This document shows positions 48,424 to 60,812 of a DNA stretch of 64,000 nt, piece after piece (positions within the stretch are counted from its first letter, which is position 1; each line of letters opens with the position of its first letter). The position numbers and the translations under genes were made by a program. Source of the DNA: Macrostomum lignano (taxonomy: Eukaryota). Where the stretch lies: contig NIVC01003999.1 of assembly GCA_002269645.1 (NCBI GenBank), positions 1,836 to 65,835 of the forward strand, in the 5' to 3' direction. The notes beneath the pieces are model-generated. The model did no database searches, had not been told where the DNA came from, and was given only the letters and a program-made list of their open reading frames with translations.

Positions 48424-49958
48424 TATATAACGCATACATTTTTGTGTCCCTAGGCTACCTTATTACTGCTTTCAATCCCGGTTCTAATCAAATCCTTCGA
48501 GACAAGTATAAATGGCTAGCAACTTTCATGAGAATGCCGTTGCCTTTCTTGACGACTCACCGGCTTTGACCAGTGATAAGAGCGCCAGCGAGTACGCAAG
48601 CATTGATGGCGAGGTGGATGAAGAAGATGGCCAGAGTGACGTGGAAGGCTCTCAGGTAGAAGAAGCTTTGATTGAAAATGGATGGAATTTCGTTCAGGAG
48701 GGTGAAGACTCGCGTCTCCGGGATGCGCCAGAATTCCTCGGAGTGCCCGTTCTGAACCCGGATCTATTAGCTCAAACGCCGGATAACACAATGGCTCGGA
48801 TCGAATTCTTCCTCCAGCACTTTATTACCTCTGATCTGGTGTCTGCCATTCGATTTTGGACCAATGCTCGAGCTGATTTCGAGCTCCAAAACATTGCAAT
48901 TGAGACTGATGGACCTCTTCCCCCCTTACTATCATCTTGGAGACCATGCACCGACAACGAAGTGAGGAAATGTCTCGCCATCGTCCTGTAAATGGGTCTA
49001 GTGAAGAAGCCCGAATTGCACATGTATTGGTCGACTTGCGATTTCTACGGTGGTAAATATTTTCAAAAAGATCATTGCCTCGGAAGGGATGGGTTCATTC
49101 AGCTCTTGTCATTCCTCCGATTCTACGACTGCACCGCAGTAAATAATCACCAGGATTCCCTGAAGAAAATCAGGCCTTTTTTTAGACATTGCGCGTGGTA
49201 TGTGCCAAGCCAACTACTACCCGAATCAGGACGTTTCAGTAGATGAAGAGTTGGTCATGTACAAAGGCAGACTCATTTTCCGACAGTTCATGCCCAAAAA
49301 GCGCGCCAGGTTCGGCATAAAGGTCTACTGTCTCACAGAGGCTTCCACCGGATTTCTGTGGAACTTCCGTGTGCATGCTGTCAAGCAGGACAACGACAGG
49401 TTGGAAAATGAGTGAACTGCGGGAATTTATCTTTCAGTGAAAAGATTGTTGTCGAGCTAAGCAAGGACTTGCTGGGCTTGGGCTACCGGATCTATTGACA
49501 GCTGGTTCACGTCGCTTCGCCTAGCTCAGTTTCTGCTCGAACGTAATACCATGCTGACAGGAACCGTGAGAGTCGACCGAGGCATCCCCAACGAGCTAAA
49601 GGTGCTGGCACTGCAACCCATAAGTCACTCTCACGTGCGCCGAGGCAATGCTCTTGCCGTCAAGGTCGTTGACAGAAAGGCCAGTGGTCGCAAAACTGTC
49701 TACCTTTTGGACACCCACGGCGTTGCTGGAAGCACGGAAGTGAGGCGAGTAATTCGAGGTGGCGTAGTGGAGACAGTTTTGAAGCCCAACTCAGTACTGC
49801 AGTACAACAAGAGTATGGGAGGCGTCGATCGCCTTGACGCAGCGCTACAACCCTACAGTGCAGGAAGAAGGACGCACAGGTGGCACCAGAAGCTCGGGTT
49901 TCATATTTTGCTTCAGTTGTTGCGCAATGCTTGGATTTGTTACTGCCATTCTGGCAAC

Positions 49959-52900
49959 TGTTATGTCTTCTTCTCTAGCGGAAGACAGTGGGTCAAGATC
50001 AACAAGGTCAAGTTAAAAGTTGCACTCTTAGCCGAGCGTCTTATTTCATGTTCGTAACGTTCTTTTTATTTTCCAAGCTTGAAGCATCGCTTCTTTAGCT
50101 TATGGCTGGGTGTGTGTGCGACGGAGTCGTCTATGGCCACACCCAACATCTCCCCCCTTACAATGGCAAAGAAAATTTTTTTTAAGTTAATGCGGGGGAA
50201 CAAATTTTAGCACTTATAGTTAACTTTGGGTTTCTCCGAAAGTCGCATGCTTCTCCTGGGTTCAATAGTATCCTCGGGAACCTCAGGGATCGGAGGTGTA
50301 CGCAGTCCCTCTTTTTGTGGAGGCTCCTCTTCTTGTTTTCTCCCTGCCGGGTGCTCGCCAGCTTCAGGTGGCATTCTGTCGGTTTCTGCGGGCTCCTCGC
50401 CGGTTAGACTGTACGGATGTAGCTGATCCAAGTGAACCTTCCGATACTTTGAGTTCGGTTCATCTGTCTTGATCATGGCCATGCTCCTTCCGATAGGCAA
50501 AAGCAGTTTTGCAGTGATTGGCTTGTCTCTCTCATTTTTGTAGATAACTGGATCCTCCAGTCCAACTTGCCTCTTGGTAAACGGAACCCTGAGCTTGTGC
50601 CCCAGCAGCTGTTCCGCTGGTGACGATCCCGCTTTGTTGTCTGATGCGCGATAAAACAGCAAGAAGCGGTCAACAGACTCTTGACTGAAGCCATTTGCTT
50701 TGATGCTTTCTTTTAGCGTGCGTACGAAACGCTCTGCAACCCCATTACTTTGTGGGTGATAAGCTGCAATAGTTAGGTGCTCACAGTCAATTCCTGCCAA
50801 CCACTCCGTAAACTCCTTGCTGATAAAGCATGGTCCGTTATCTGACACAAGTGTCCTTGGAATTCCAAGCTGAGAAAATGTCCTTCTGACGCACTGAATG
50901 ACAGTTCGAGAAGTCATATCTTTGGTGACGTGGACTTCAGGATACCCGCTGTACGAATCTACCAGAACGAGCATGTAGTGGTTGTCGATCGGTCCTGCAA
51001 AGTCGATATGAACACGATCCCAAGGACCCGCAGCTTCAGGCCAACTGGAGCGAAAATTCCTATTTTGCGGTTTTGCGGTCCTACAGATCTGGCACAAACC
51101 GACTGTCCGTTCGATATCGCTGTCCATGGCTGGACACCAAAACTCCGCACGAGCCAAGGACTTGGTGCGGGACATTCCCAAATGAACTTCGTGCACTGCT
51201 GCAATCGCTTTCATGCGTAAGGATTTTGGAATAATGATCCTGTGGCCTCGAAGAATAACATCGTCCTGAACACAAAGTTCTTCTCGCACATTTTTGAAAG
51301 GTCGCAGCCTAGGGTGTTTGAAGCTTCCTGTCTTTATAGCGCTCTTCAGCAAGCGCATTTCTGAATTCCGCAAGCGCGCTTCGTTGCTAGCCTGATTTCT
51401 TCCAGAGACACTGTAGTTGAAACCGTGTGAATGTTACCAATCTCTAGCGTTTCACCGCTTCTTCCTTGCGGAACCAATCTTGAGAGCGCGTCAGATGCTA
51501 TAGCTTTAGATTTTCGATACTCGATCTCGTAATCGTACGCCGTGAAAAATATCGCCCATCTCTGCAGCCTTGCGGACACTCTCGATGGTAGCTCTTTGTC
51601 ACAGGCTAAGATGTAAACGAGAGGTCGATGGTCGGTTATTAGCTTAAATTTTCTACCACAGAGAAAACGATGACATCTTCTGACACCCCATATTATCGCG
51701 AGCGCTTCTCGCTCTATTTGCGAATAATTTCGCTCCGATGATGACAAAAGTTTGCTGATGTACAAGACAGGACGTCCTTGCTGATTCAGGACACCACCAA
51801 GGGCAATCTGCGAAGCGTCTACTTCGAGCTCAACCGGTAGCTTTGGGTCGTACGCATGCAAAGCAGCGTCTTCTGAAAGTGATTTCTGGATGTTTCTGAA
51901 CGCATCTTGTTCTTTTACGCTCCAACGAAACTCCACACCTTTGCGCTTCAGGTGCACCAACGGAGCCGATATTCCAGAAAGGTTTGGAATGAATCGCGAG
52001 CAGAACGTAATCAGTCCGAGGAAGGATTCTAACTCGGAAAGATTCTTCGGAGCTTCCATTTCTTTGATCGCCCGCACTTTCTCTCCATCAGGATAAATGC
52101 GACCGCTGTCCAGAATATGACCCAAAAACCGGACTCGAGATAAATTCCGTTGGCATTTCTGATCATTTACCTTTAGCCCTTCCGATGCTAGACGGTAAAG
52201 TACTTGTTCTTCGCGTCCTTTCAACTCTGACTCATCGCTTCCACCAATTAATATATCATCCATGTACGCTATTGTTCCGGGAATACCTTGGATCACTTGC
52301 GATATATACCGTTGGAAAATACTCGGAGCCGTTTTTATTCCAAACACAAGTTTATTGTACTTAAAATTTCCAAATGGTATCGACATCATGGTTAGCGGTT
52401 TAGATGCATCGTCCAGCTCTACTTGGTTGTACGCTTTCTCTAGATCGATGATACTGTACCGAAAGCATCCCGCCACTGTCGAGAACGCTTCCTTCGGGGT
52501 CGGTGTCGGGTAGCTATCCGGGACCAGCTGTGGATTAAGCGTACTCTTATAGTCCACACATAGCCTGATACTGCCGTTGGGCTTGCCGACTACCACGACT
52601 GGAGACGCCCATTCCGAGAATTTCACAGCTTCGATTATACCTTCATCAAGTAAGCGATCCAATTCCTTTTTTACTGCTTCACATTGAGCAAATGGTAACG
52701 GTCTTGCTTTTACATACTTTTTTGGTACTGCTCCATCTTTAAGTTCCAAATGAGCTTCCATTGTAGTTGCACTTGCTGCCAGAGATGCCATATCCATGGA
52801 GACTTCCCCATTATGTCCTGTGTCCAGCTGTACACAGAGAACATCTCGCCCCAGCAAGGCATAGCTCTTGCTGCCTTTCACTACCTCAAAGTCGATGCGC

Positions 52901-53150
52901 TGATATTTTCCATTCAGTTCTACCACAGCTTCGTATCGACCTAATACCGTGAACTTGTGATCACTTACATAGCCACCCAGTTGTGTATTTGAGTTCTTAA
53001 GAGCTGGTCGACCCAACTGTTTCCAGAGGGATCCTGACATTATGGACACACCCGCTCCAGTATCCAGCTCGCATGTCAGCGCGTATCTCTTTTGCCCTTC
53101 TAGTACGGACACTGTGATGGAGATAGGCTTTCGGTGATCCCGATCTGGGC
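49959..53150 (-). mobile_element. Ty3/Gypsy retrotransposon lacking its 5' LTR and gag; 3' LTR 50148-49959, PPT 50159-50149
   Basis: LTR with TGTT...AACA ends preceded by the polypurine tract AAGGGGGGAGA; pol order protease-RT-RNase H-integrase. Confidence 0.92.
50207..53112 (-). CDS. Gypsy pol (protease, RT, RNase H in 53112-51346; integrase in 51373-50207), one frameshift near 51370
   Basis: LDTGA, WASPVVVV.KPNGSIRLCVDYK, IDLEKAYNQV, YMDDILI, VDASQIALGGVL, ERNYSQIEREALA, TDHRPL; HEVHLGMSRTK, WDRVHIDFAGP, SDNGPCF, YHPQSNGVAERFV. Confidence 0.93.
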
Positions 53151-55254
53151 AAGAACTTCTGCATGAAGTTCTTAGACATCTTGGAGGCTACGATCCGCCT
53201 TCTGATGGAGCAGACGGGTCGGGGCAAGCGGCAGAACACATCGAAGCGTCGAGCTGCCTCGCTGCATACCCCATCCAAACTACCACCGACTGAGGCCAAT
53301 ATGAGACCGACTAAGCGGTGCAGAGTCTGCTATGGAAACGACTCGGCCAAGCGAACTGTCTACGTGTGTGATGCTTGCCCTGGAGAGCCTGGACTTTGCG
53401 CAGCTTCTTGCTTTCAGAGCTGGCACACTGCCGCGGGGAACTGATTGTACAGTCGACTTACTGTTACTCTGTAATCATCTGAATTCCTGACATCTAAATC
53501 GATCCCGTTCTGCCGAATTATCTTGTCAATTTTCTATTCTTACAAGTAAGAGAGTAAGCTACTTCTCGCTTGTTTTATGTTGAAGTGCTAGTTAAATTAT
53601 CTAAGCTTCTTTACTCCTTAGCTTGTTTCAACAGTTCGTATAAGTCCCAGTTCGTATAAGTCCGAGTCCGTCGAAGTCCCATGTGTCTCAAAATCCCAGT
53701 TATCCGAATCCCAGTACTATTGTAATAGTATTTTGCTAGACTGTTTACTTAGAATTTCGAATTCTTAAAATAAAAAAATTTCCTCTGACACTGAACAGGG
53801 AATAACAAACACAAAAACAAGTTTTTCGATCTATGATTGTGCCATCCGTGAGTTGTGGGGGTGTAGAAAACTGAGAATTCATAAAAAGAGATTGTGCCAT
53901 AGACATGTTAAGCAACAAATATTTTTTCTAATAATATGGTACGCCCAGCATGCCATCCGTGAAGAGAGGGTTAACGAGAAGATAAACACCTCTTGAACAA
54001 TGGTAACAATAAGCCGATGTGCTTTGATGACGTCTGAACAGTGAATGGATGCTCGGAATTCGGTTCACGATGGCAGCGTGTCACGCTCTCGAAATTCTAC
54101 TAGTTCATCTTGGAAAAGTCATCGTTCGGACAACAGCACGCCCCTTCCCTTAGCCTGTCGACTGGCACGCACTGCAATATCCAAGCACGCATCTTAGTGT
54201 TTCGTTTGATGGAGTGCAAATACGCTCGAATATTTGAATTAAAGCAGTAGAACTTCACAAACCTTGTGTTTGAACGAGGCAGGACTGCGGGACTCCGTCG
54301 AAAACTGACGGTGGAGCGGCCTTTCATTTCTTCCCTTTTTTTATCATTGGTGCATCTTGAGGCCAGTGCTTAGCACACACGCCCATGTAGTCTGTCACGG
54401 TCCAACAACAACAAAATTGTTAATGAATTCATGTGGCCAGGCCAAATCTGATTCACAAAGCACATTTGAAGAAATTCTTACCGTCAGTTGATTAGGCAGA
54501 GACAGTCGCCAAGCCTCTTGTTCAGTTGCATCTTTAGGAAACGAAAATACTGCAACATTCCGATCACGGTTACTATTGTAGTTTGCACAACAGAAAATGA
54601 CGCTGCATTTTCTCGGCATGATATTTAGTTTCAGCAAGAATAAAAGTTCTCTCTCTCAATTGCAAGTGCATGCGAAAAACTCCATTTTTAGCTCAGCTTT
54701 CTTCGCTTTCGTAGCTTTGGATGGGCCATAGAACAATGCTTTTAAACGAGCCTCATACTTGTTTCGCCATGAATTGGCTCGTTTCCGGTCCTTTGTTATC
54801 AAGTTGTCCTTGTGCTCTCCTTAATGCACAGTTTTGGCCATAGACAATCACCGAAGCGTGGGTTCACGTTTTAAGCCGATTGGCCTGACCAATTTTCTCC
54901 GTTTTTTCGCCAAAAGATGTCAAATGTACCCGGGATGGTACCTGCAATTTTATTAAGCTCTGGCTCATTGCTAAAGGGGTTTAATACTCGAACAACTGTA
55001 TTTTCCCTATCTAATTAGTGTATTTTTCTCGCAGTGAGAGCTCGAAAAATAAATAATACGTTTATGGCCATAGACTAAACTTCAACTTCCTGAGCTGATG
55101 CTACGAGCTATAAATAATTAAATAGGAGTATTAGACAGCATGCTTTTTTGCATAAGGGAGAGAAATCAGCCAGTGCACTTTAAAAGTATTGAAGTATTGC
55201 GCCACTATATAGTATATGCAAGGGAGAGAAAAATGCTCAGTGGCTGAGGCTGCG

Positions 55255-56385
55255 TGCTGTCTGGGGGATGCTTGCTGTCTGAGGAATGCTGGCTGTCTGG
55301 GGAATGCTGGCTGTCTGGGGGATGCTTGCTGTCTGGGGAATGCTGGCTGTCTGGGGGATGCTTGCTGTCTGGGGAATTCTGGCTGTCTGAGGAATGCTGG
55401 CTGTCTGAGGAATGCTGGCTGTCTGGGGGATGCTTGCTGTCTGGGGAATGCTGGCTGTCTGGGGGATGCTGGCTGTCTGGGGGATGCTTGCTGTCTGAGG
55501 AATGCTGGCTGTCTGAGGAATGCTGGCTGTCTGGGGGATGCTTGCTGTCTGAGGAATGCTGGCTGTCTGAGGAATGCTGGCTGTCTGAGGAATGCTGGCT
55601 GTCTGGGGGATGCTTGCTGTCTGGGGGATGCTTGCTGTCTGAGGAATGCTGGCTGTCTGAGGAATGCTGGCTGTCTGGGGGATGCTTGCTGTCTGAGGAA
55701 TGCTGGCTGTTTGGGGGATGCTTGCTGTCTGAGGAATGCTGGCTGTCTGGGGGATGCTTGCTGTCTGAGGAATGCTGGCTGTCTGGGGGATGCTTGCTGT
55801 CTGAGGAATGCTGGCTGTCTGAGGAATGCTGGCTGTCTGGGGGATGCTTGCTGTCTGGGGGATGCTTGCTGTCTGAGGAATGCTGGCTGTCTGAGGAATG
55901 CTGGCTGTCTGGGGAATGCTTGCTGTGGGATGCTTGCTGTCTGAGGAATGCTGGCTGTCTGGGGGATGCTTGCTGTCTGAGGAATGCTGGCTGTCTGAGG
56001 AATGCTGGCTGTCTGGGGGATGCTTGCTGTCTGGGGGATGCTTGCTGTCTGAGGAATGCTGGCTGTCTGAGGAATGCTGGCTGTCTGGGGGATGCTTGCT
56101 GTCTGAGGAATGCTGGCTGTCTGGGGAATGCTTGCTGTGGGATGCTTGCTGTCTGAGGAATGCTGGCTGTCTGGGGGATGCTTGCTGTCTGAGGAATGCT
56201 GGCTGTCTGGGGAATGCTTGCTGTGGGATGCTTGCTGTCTGAGGAATGCTGGCTGTCTGGGGGATGCTTGCTGTCTGAGGAATGCTGGCTGTTTGAGGAA
56301 TGCTTGCTATCTAGGGGATGCTTGCTGTCTGGGAGATACTTGCTATCTAGGGGACGCTTGCTGTCTGGGGGATGCTTGATGTCTG
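55255..56385. repeat. 18-bp minisatellite with two interspersed variants (CTGAGGAATGCTGGCTGT / CTGGGGGATGCTTGCTGT)
   Basis: 6-aa periodic ORFs (CLRNAG, CLGDAC); about 62 units. Confidence 0.95.
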
Positions 56386-57678
56386 GGTGATTGCTTGCTA
56401 CATTACATCATTATTAAAAGTATTACATTCTTTCTTTGCTTTTTGCTTTGATTCTTGTTTGACTGATATTTATGGACAATATAATTTTTTACAGTCCAAT
56501 GAGCATAGGGGTTTTTTGAAATGTTGAATAAGTCTAACGGGATGGGAGTTTTGACAAAGTAAACGGTATTTGAGTTGGATAAAGTCTACGGGGTGAGTCG
56601 GATAGAGTTAAAATAAAGTCGGATACAGTTTTAAGTCCTAACTGTTTTGAAGTTTCTTTACGAAGTTTCTCTTTACGAAGTCTAGAAGTCAACGGGTCGA
56701 ATTATGCTAGTCTTTACTAAAAGTGAATGAAATAAAACTCTGTCGTATCTTCTACCCATAGGACCAGCGTGTTGATACAAATGGTAAAGATCGCCATTTT
56801 AATGCACAATGGAAAGCATATTAACCGGATTGCCGTATAGGATTAGCAAACACATTGGCTTATTTTTTAAAGTCTACATACTAGAATTTGAAGTAAAGAA
56901 CCTTCATATAGGCTTTTAATGTTTTTCGGACACAGCTGAGACAGCTAAAATGAGACCAGTACGGTACGAAGTAAAAAACTTCTATGAAGAAGCTTTTGCG
57001 GGAGTCAACAAATGGCAGAACATTTTCTGAGTTCGCCACAATGTCACGAAAATGGACAGTAAACAAAAATGCAATTCTCTGTTTGCAAAGGCTCTGTTTG
57101 AATTTCCACACTCGCTTATGCGCGTTTGCATTTGCTATAATTTTTTCCATACATAGCTTTTCTGTCTGTTTTGTGCGTAGGCTTGCAGATATAATAGGAG
57201 CATGGGGGTCAGAGGTCTTGGGGTGTGCCCGACTGTGCGCGCTCGCCAGCCAATTATCTAACAATAGAAGAATGAGCAAATGTATTTGAGCATTCGCGAG
57301 CTAATGCGGCTGTGAATTTTAATGAAAAACTTCATGCAACAACGTGCATCACCTCGATTCTGCTGAGTCATGGTCAGAAGGCTTGACCCCTGGAAGAGAG
57401 GGGGGGAGAGAATGAATGAAGAAAGCAGAAAGAGAAGACATGACGCGGCGAAAACGTGCCAACAGATGCACATTGCAGAGACATGTTGATGCGCGCAGTC
57501 TGTCTGTCTCACAGGTTAGGTGAGGGTTTGCAGCTGCTCTTGGGTTTGGGGTTTGAGGGTCAATAGCCAGTCTCACACAGCGTTTATATTTCCGAACCCG
57601 CAAAGCCGGACCGAGAGTGAATGTGCTGCAGTAAAATTTTCTTGAGTTTAGAATTTTATAAGCAAATTAACTATAGTC

Positions 57679-59609
57679 ATGAAGGCTGGAACTGGCAAAG
57701 CCAACTCAACGAGCAATGGAAGCGGAACCGAAGCCAAAACTTTTGCCCTAATCGATCAGCTCGTAGATAAAAATCGCGACTTGCTTGACAAATCGGCGGG
57801 CGACCGGGTCGCCGAGGACATCCAGGCCCGACTGGCCTATCCTTGGTGCACCGATCTGCCAGTCGTGTTGTCGAAACGTTTGCCACTGTTGGCGCGAATC
57901 TGGTGCTGCGTCAAGCGCTGGACCTGGCGCTTAATGTTGATCTACCTGCTCTACGCCGCCGCCTCAGCCACCGTCAGCTTCTATTTCGAGTCGCAGATTG
58001 ACGCCTGGCAGAGAAGCGACGCCTACACTGACTATTCTCTGGGCGTGAATTACATCGTGCGCAAGCTTGCCGTGTGGACCGGCACGCCTAAAATGGACTC
58101 CGTTCAGGAACTGGCGGCTGGAGAGTGCTTGTTGAGCAATCCGATCTATCGAAAGCCGCTGATGTGCTGCAATTGCAAGTTCAACGTCACGCTGTCTAAA
58201 GTTACTGACGTCCCGAAGGTAGCGTACTGCTTGGAAAAATAGCGGGAATATCGGTTGCTTAGCTTCTTGAATCATTTTATGATAGTCTTCTCTGAGACCC
58301 ACTTTTCTTAAACCATTGACCCACACTAATTTAGTGTAATCTATCTTAACTCCATCTTATTTAATGGACATAACTCAACTCAATAAAATCTACTAAACTT
58401 TACTCAATCAAATCTACTGGACGTCACTTAATTAGATTTATTAGATGTAACTCAATCAAACTACTGGACGTCACTCAATCAAATCTAATGGACGTCACTC
58501 CATTTGAAGGTCAATGCAAGATTTCAGCATTCTCACATCTTATGCTTTATTTGTAGTAGGGTGATTTGAAAATTATCAAAAAATCGTTTTCAGCTAAACT
58601 CAAACATAAGAGTAATAAATTATCAAACAATCAAATGATTAGAGCCGTTTGCGTGCTCAACTGTGAAGCAGCTGCTTTGCGCAGAATGTCCTTTCTAAAG
58701 TATTCTCAAAACGATGCTCAACCAAATGAGATTCATCAGCTAAGAGGATCTTATAGTCTATTTTCGATCATGTTTTTCAAGTGACTTATCAAGATCCACA
58801 GGGGGGATTTGTAAGGCAAAGACTTATTCGCACTCTAAGGGGGCTGACTGAGACAGATTCGAGTGTACTTTTGGCCGCTGGATATACTCAGATTTCACGA
58901 CTTTCCTGCCTTCCTTCCTGAACCAAATAAATAATTCGTTTCCAATGCCGCCTCCCCATAGGTGATGGAGAACTTTGACAAGCTAGTGAGTACCGGCCGC
59001 CCTCGGGCCTTCATCGTCGTCAACCATATCCAGCAGCCAGTGAGCTACCAGACCATTCGCGACATCGCCCTGGCGAACGAGGCCGACCTGAACATTGGCT
59101 TCAACCGGTTCTACACCCTGTCCGGCCCCCGCGTGTCCAGCACGCAGCAGCTGTTCGCCGACCCAGCCGCGCCGCCGACCCACTCTGCCGTCGTCTGGCA
59201 GTTCGGACACGTCGAAGCGTTGCGCCATTTCCGCAACGTTGTCCTTCGGCCGCATTTCGTATCGCGCGAACTGGAGATTAATCTGCAGCGCCAGTTTTTG
59301 TTCTTCGGCTCCGAGCACACTGACCGAGTGCCGCTTAACACGATGGCTGACATCGACGGCCAGGTGTACATTGTTGGCCTGGCTGGCGAGATCGTGTTCA
59401 CCATCAAGTCCGACCCGAACTGCTGCAAGAAGCCGGAGAATCAAGTAACGAGATTCGCCAAAGTGCGCCCCGGCCGGCTGCTGTCGTTACCGTCCAACTG
59501 CTACAACATCCTGGCTCGGCGGAACGGCACAGACTACGCCATGGCCTATGTGGGCTCGGTGGCCATGGCCCAGCACCCGTCTGCTGAGCGGGTGAAGCCG
59601 AAGAAGTGA
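57679..59609 (+). CDS. Two-exon gene join(57679-58218, 58962-59609), 395 aa; membrane-anchored protein resembling the C6orf89 (BRAP) family
   Basis: GT-AG phase-0 intron (AAG|GTAGCG...CCCATAG|GTG), one hydrophobic segment (WRLMLIYLLYAAASATVSFYF), CLLSNP...CCNC, and W...LRHFR..LRPHF...E...FLFFG...C...VRPG pattern recalled from C6orf89-like proteins. The gene model is firmer than the family call. Confidence 0.6.
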
Positions 59610-59793
59610 ATGGACGGGTTGAATGCCGTTCTGAATTAACTCATTATATTTATAAAATACTGATTCGGTGGTCTATATACACAAGAATGCCAGCCTGTTA
59701 CTACTAGTCGCTACTCACTAGGCATCTAGCACACGAGGAGTTAGTCACGATACACATATCGTGATACTACGAGTATATAGGTAGATAAACAGC

Positions 59794-59994
<201 letters not shown>

Positions 59995-60581
59995 ACCTAA
60001 CAAAATATGATTGTTTCATATATGCGTTACTAGAATTAATTTAGCTAGAGAAACAAATTACTAGGCAGAGAATTATTACCACCGAAACAGAGCGCTTACG
60101 AATTTATTCAATCACTACACGCTATTCCGCTATACCCGTTACAAAATACACTCGAAGCAAATCTATAGTTCGCTGTTAGTTTGACAAGTCTATAAAAATA
60201 TTCATCAAACAAGAAGATAGATCTACTGTAACTCAAAGACGCGAGTTGAAATATGAAAATTGGATTTTTGTGTGTTTTTCAGTGAAGCCGTTTATTGAGT
60301 TCTATTGACGCAAACAGCGGTGGATGAGGGAGCGATGGAGGCGAGTTAAGAGTAGGCGACTGGCTGAGCACAGCTGGCTCACCTGCCGGCGCCAGCAGAT
60401 TTTTTTCAAATGATGGAGCTAAGGGGGGGGGGCTTCCAGCTGCCCTTGCATAGGCAACCGGTGATTGAGTCGCCCACTCGGAGCCGGCGTCCATCGAGTC
60501 CTGCTGTCTGGCGTAAACAGCCATTACGGTTGCTTTTGCCTGGGACACTCCCAACCGTAGGATGGGAATTTATAAGCTTCG

Positions 60582-60812
<231 letters not shown>

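Larger units (their letters stand above)
48512..53444 (+). pseudogene. piggyBac (PGBD4-like) transposase in two pieces, 48512-49958 and about 53150-53444, with stops and frameshifts
   Basis: MGLVKKP..YWS, KIRP, VSVDEELVMYKGR..RQFMPKKRARFGIK, SWFTS, LTGTVR..RG, YNKSMGGVDRLD, RWHQKL; C-terminal Cys-rich domain CRVC...VYVCDAC....LCAASCF..WH. Confidence 0.88.
47512..53970 (+). mobile_element. piggyBac-like DNA transposon with nested MITE and Gypsy insertions
   Basis: TTAA at 47508-11 and 53971-74; right end ...GAGAGGG|TTAA; subterminal repeats ACGGATGGCA(C/T)GCT(A/G)GGCGT shared by both ends. The left TIR is only a weak match, but removing the element restores the host THAP-gene frame. Confidence 0.72.
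46340..54812 (-). mobile_element. THAP-domain P-element-like DNA transposon relic with about 100-bp terminal inverted repeats, split by the piggyBac
   Basis: Inverted repeats 46340-46447 and 54719-54812 (start CAAGGACAACTTGATAAC). THAP finger MPRKCSVIFC...FSFPKD...W...VLCE (54619-54400), PPSVFDGVPQSC, a frame continuous across the TTAA (FSL|SANAEMVLRVF), and NRRYD...LLYLISSSA. No clean TSD. Confidence 0.65.

Noticed and set aside
51346-51400. Programmed ribosomal frameshift between Gypsy RNase H and integrase
   Set aside because: Gypsy frameshifts occur at gag/pol, not here, and no slippery heptamer is present; most likely an indel.
55216-56390. Cys-rich 240-300 aa ORFs resembling metallothionein or keratin-associated proteins
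   Set aside because: They arise in two frames at once from an 18-bp tandem repeat, with no unique coding flanks or splice support.
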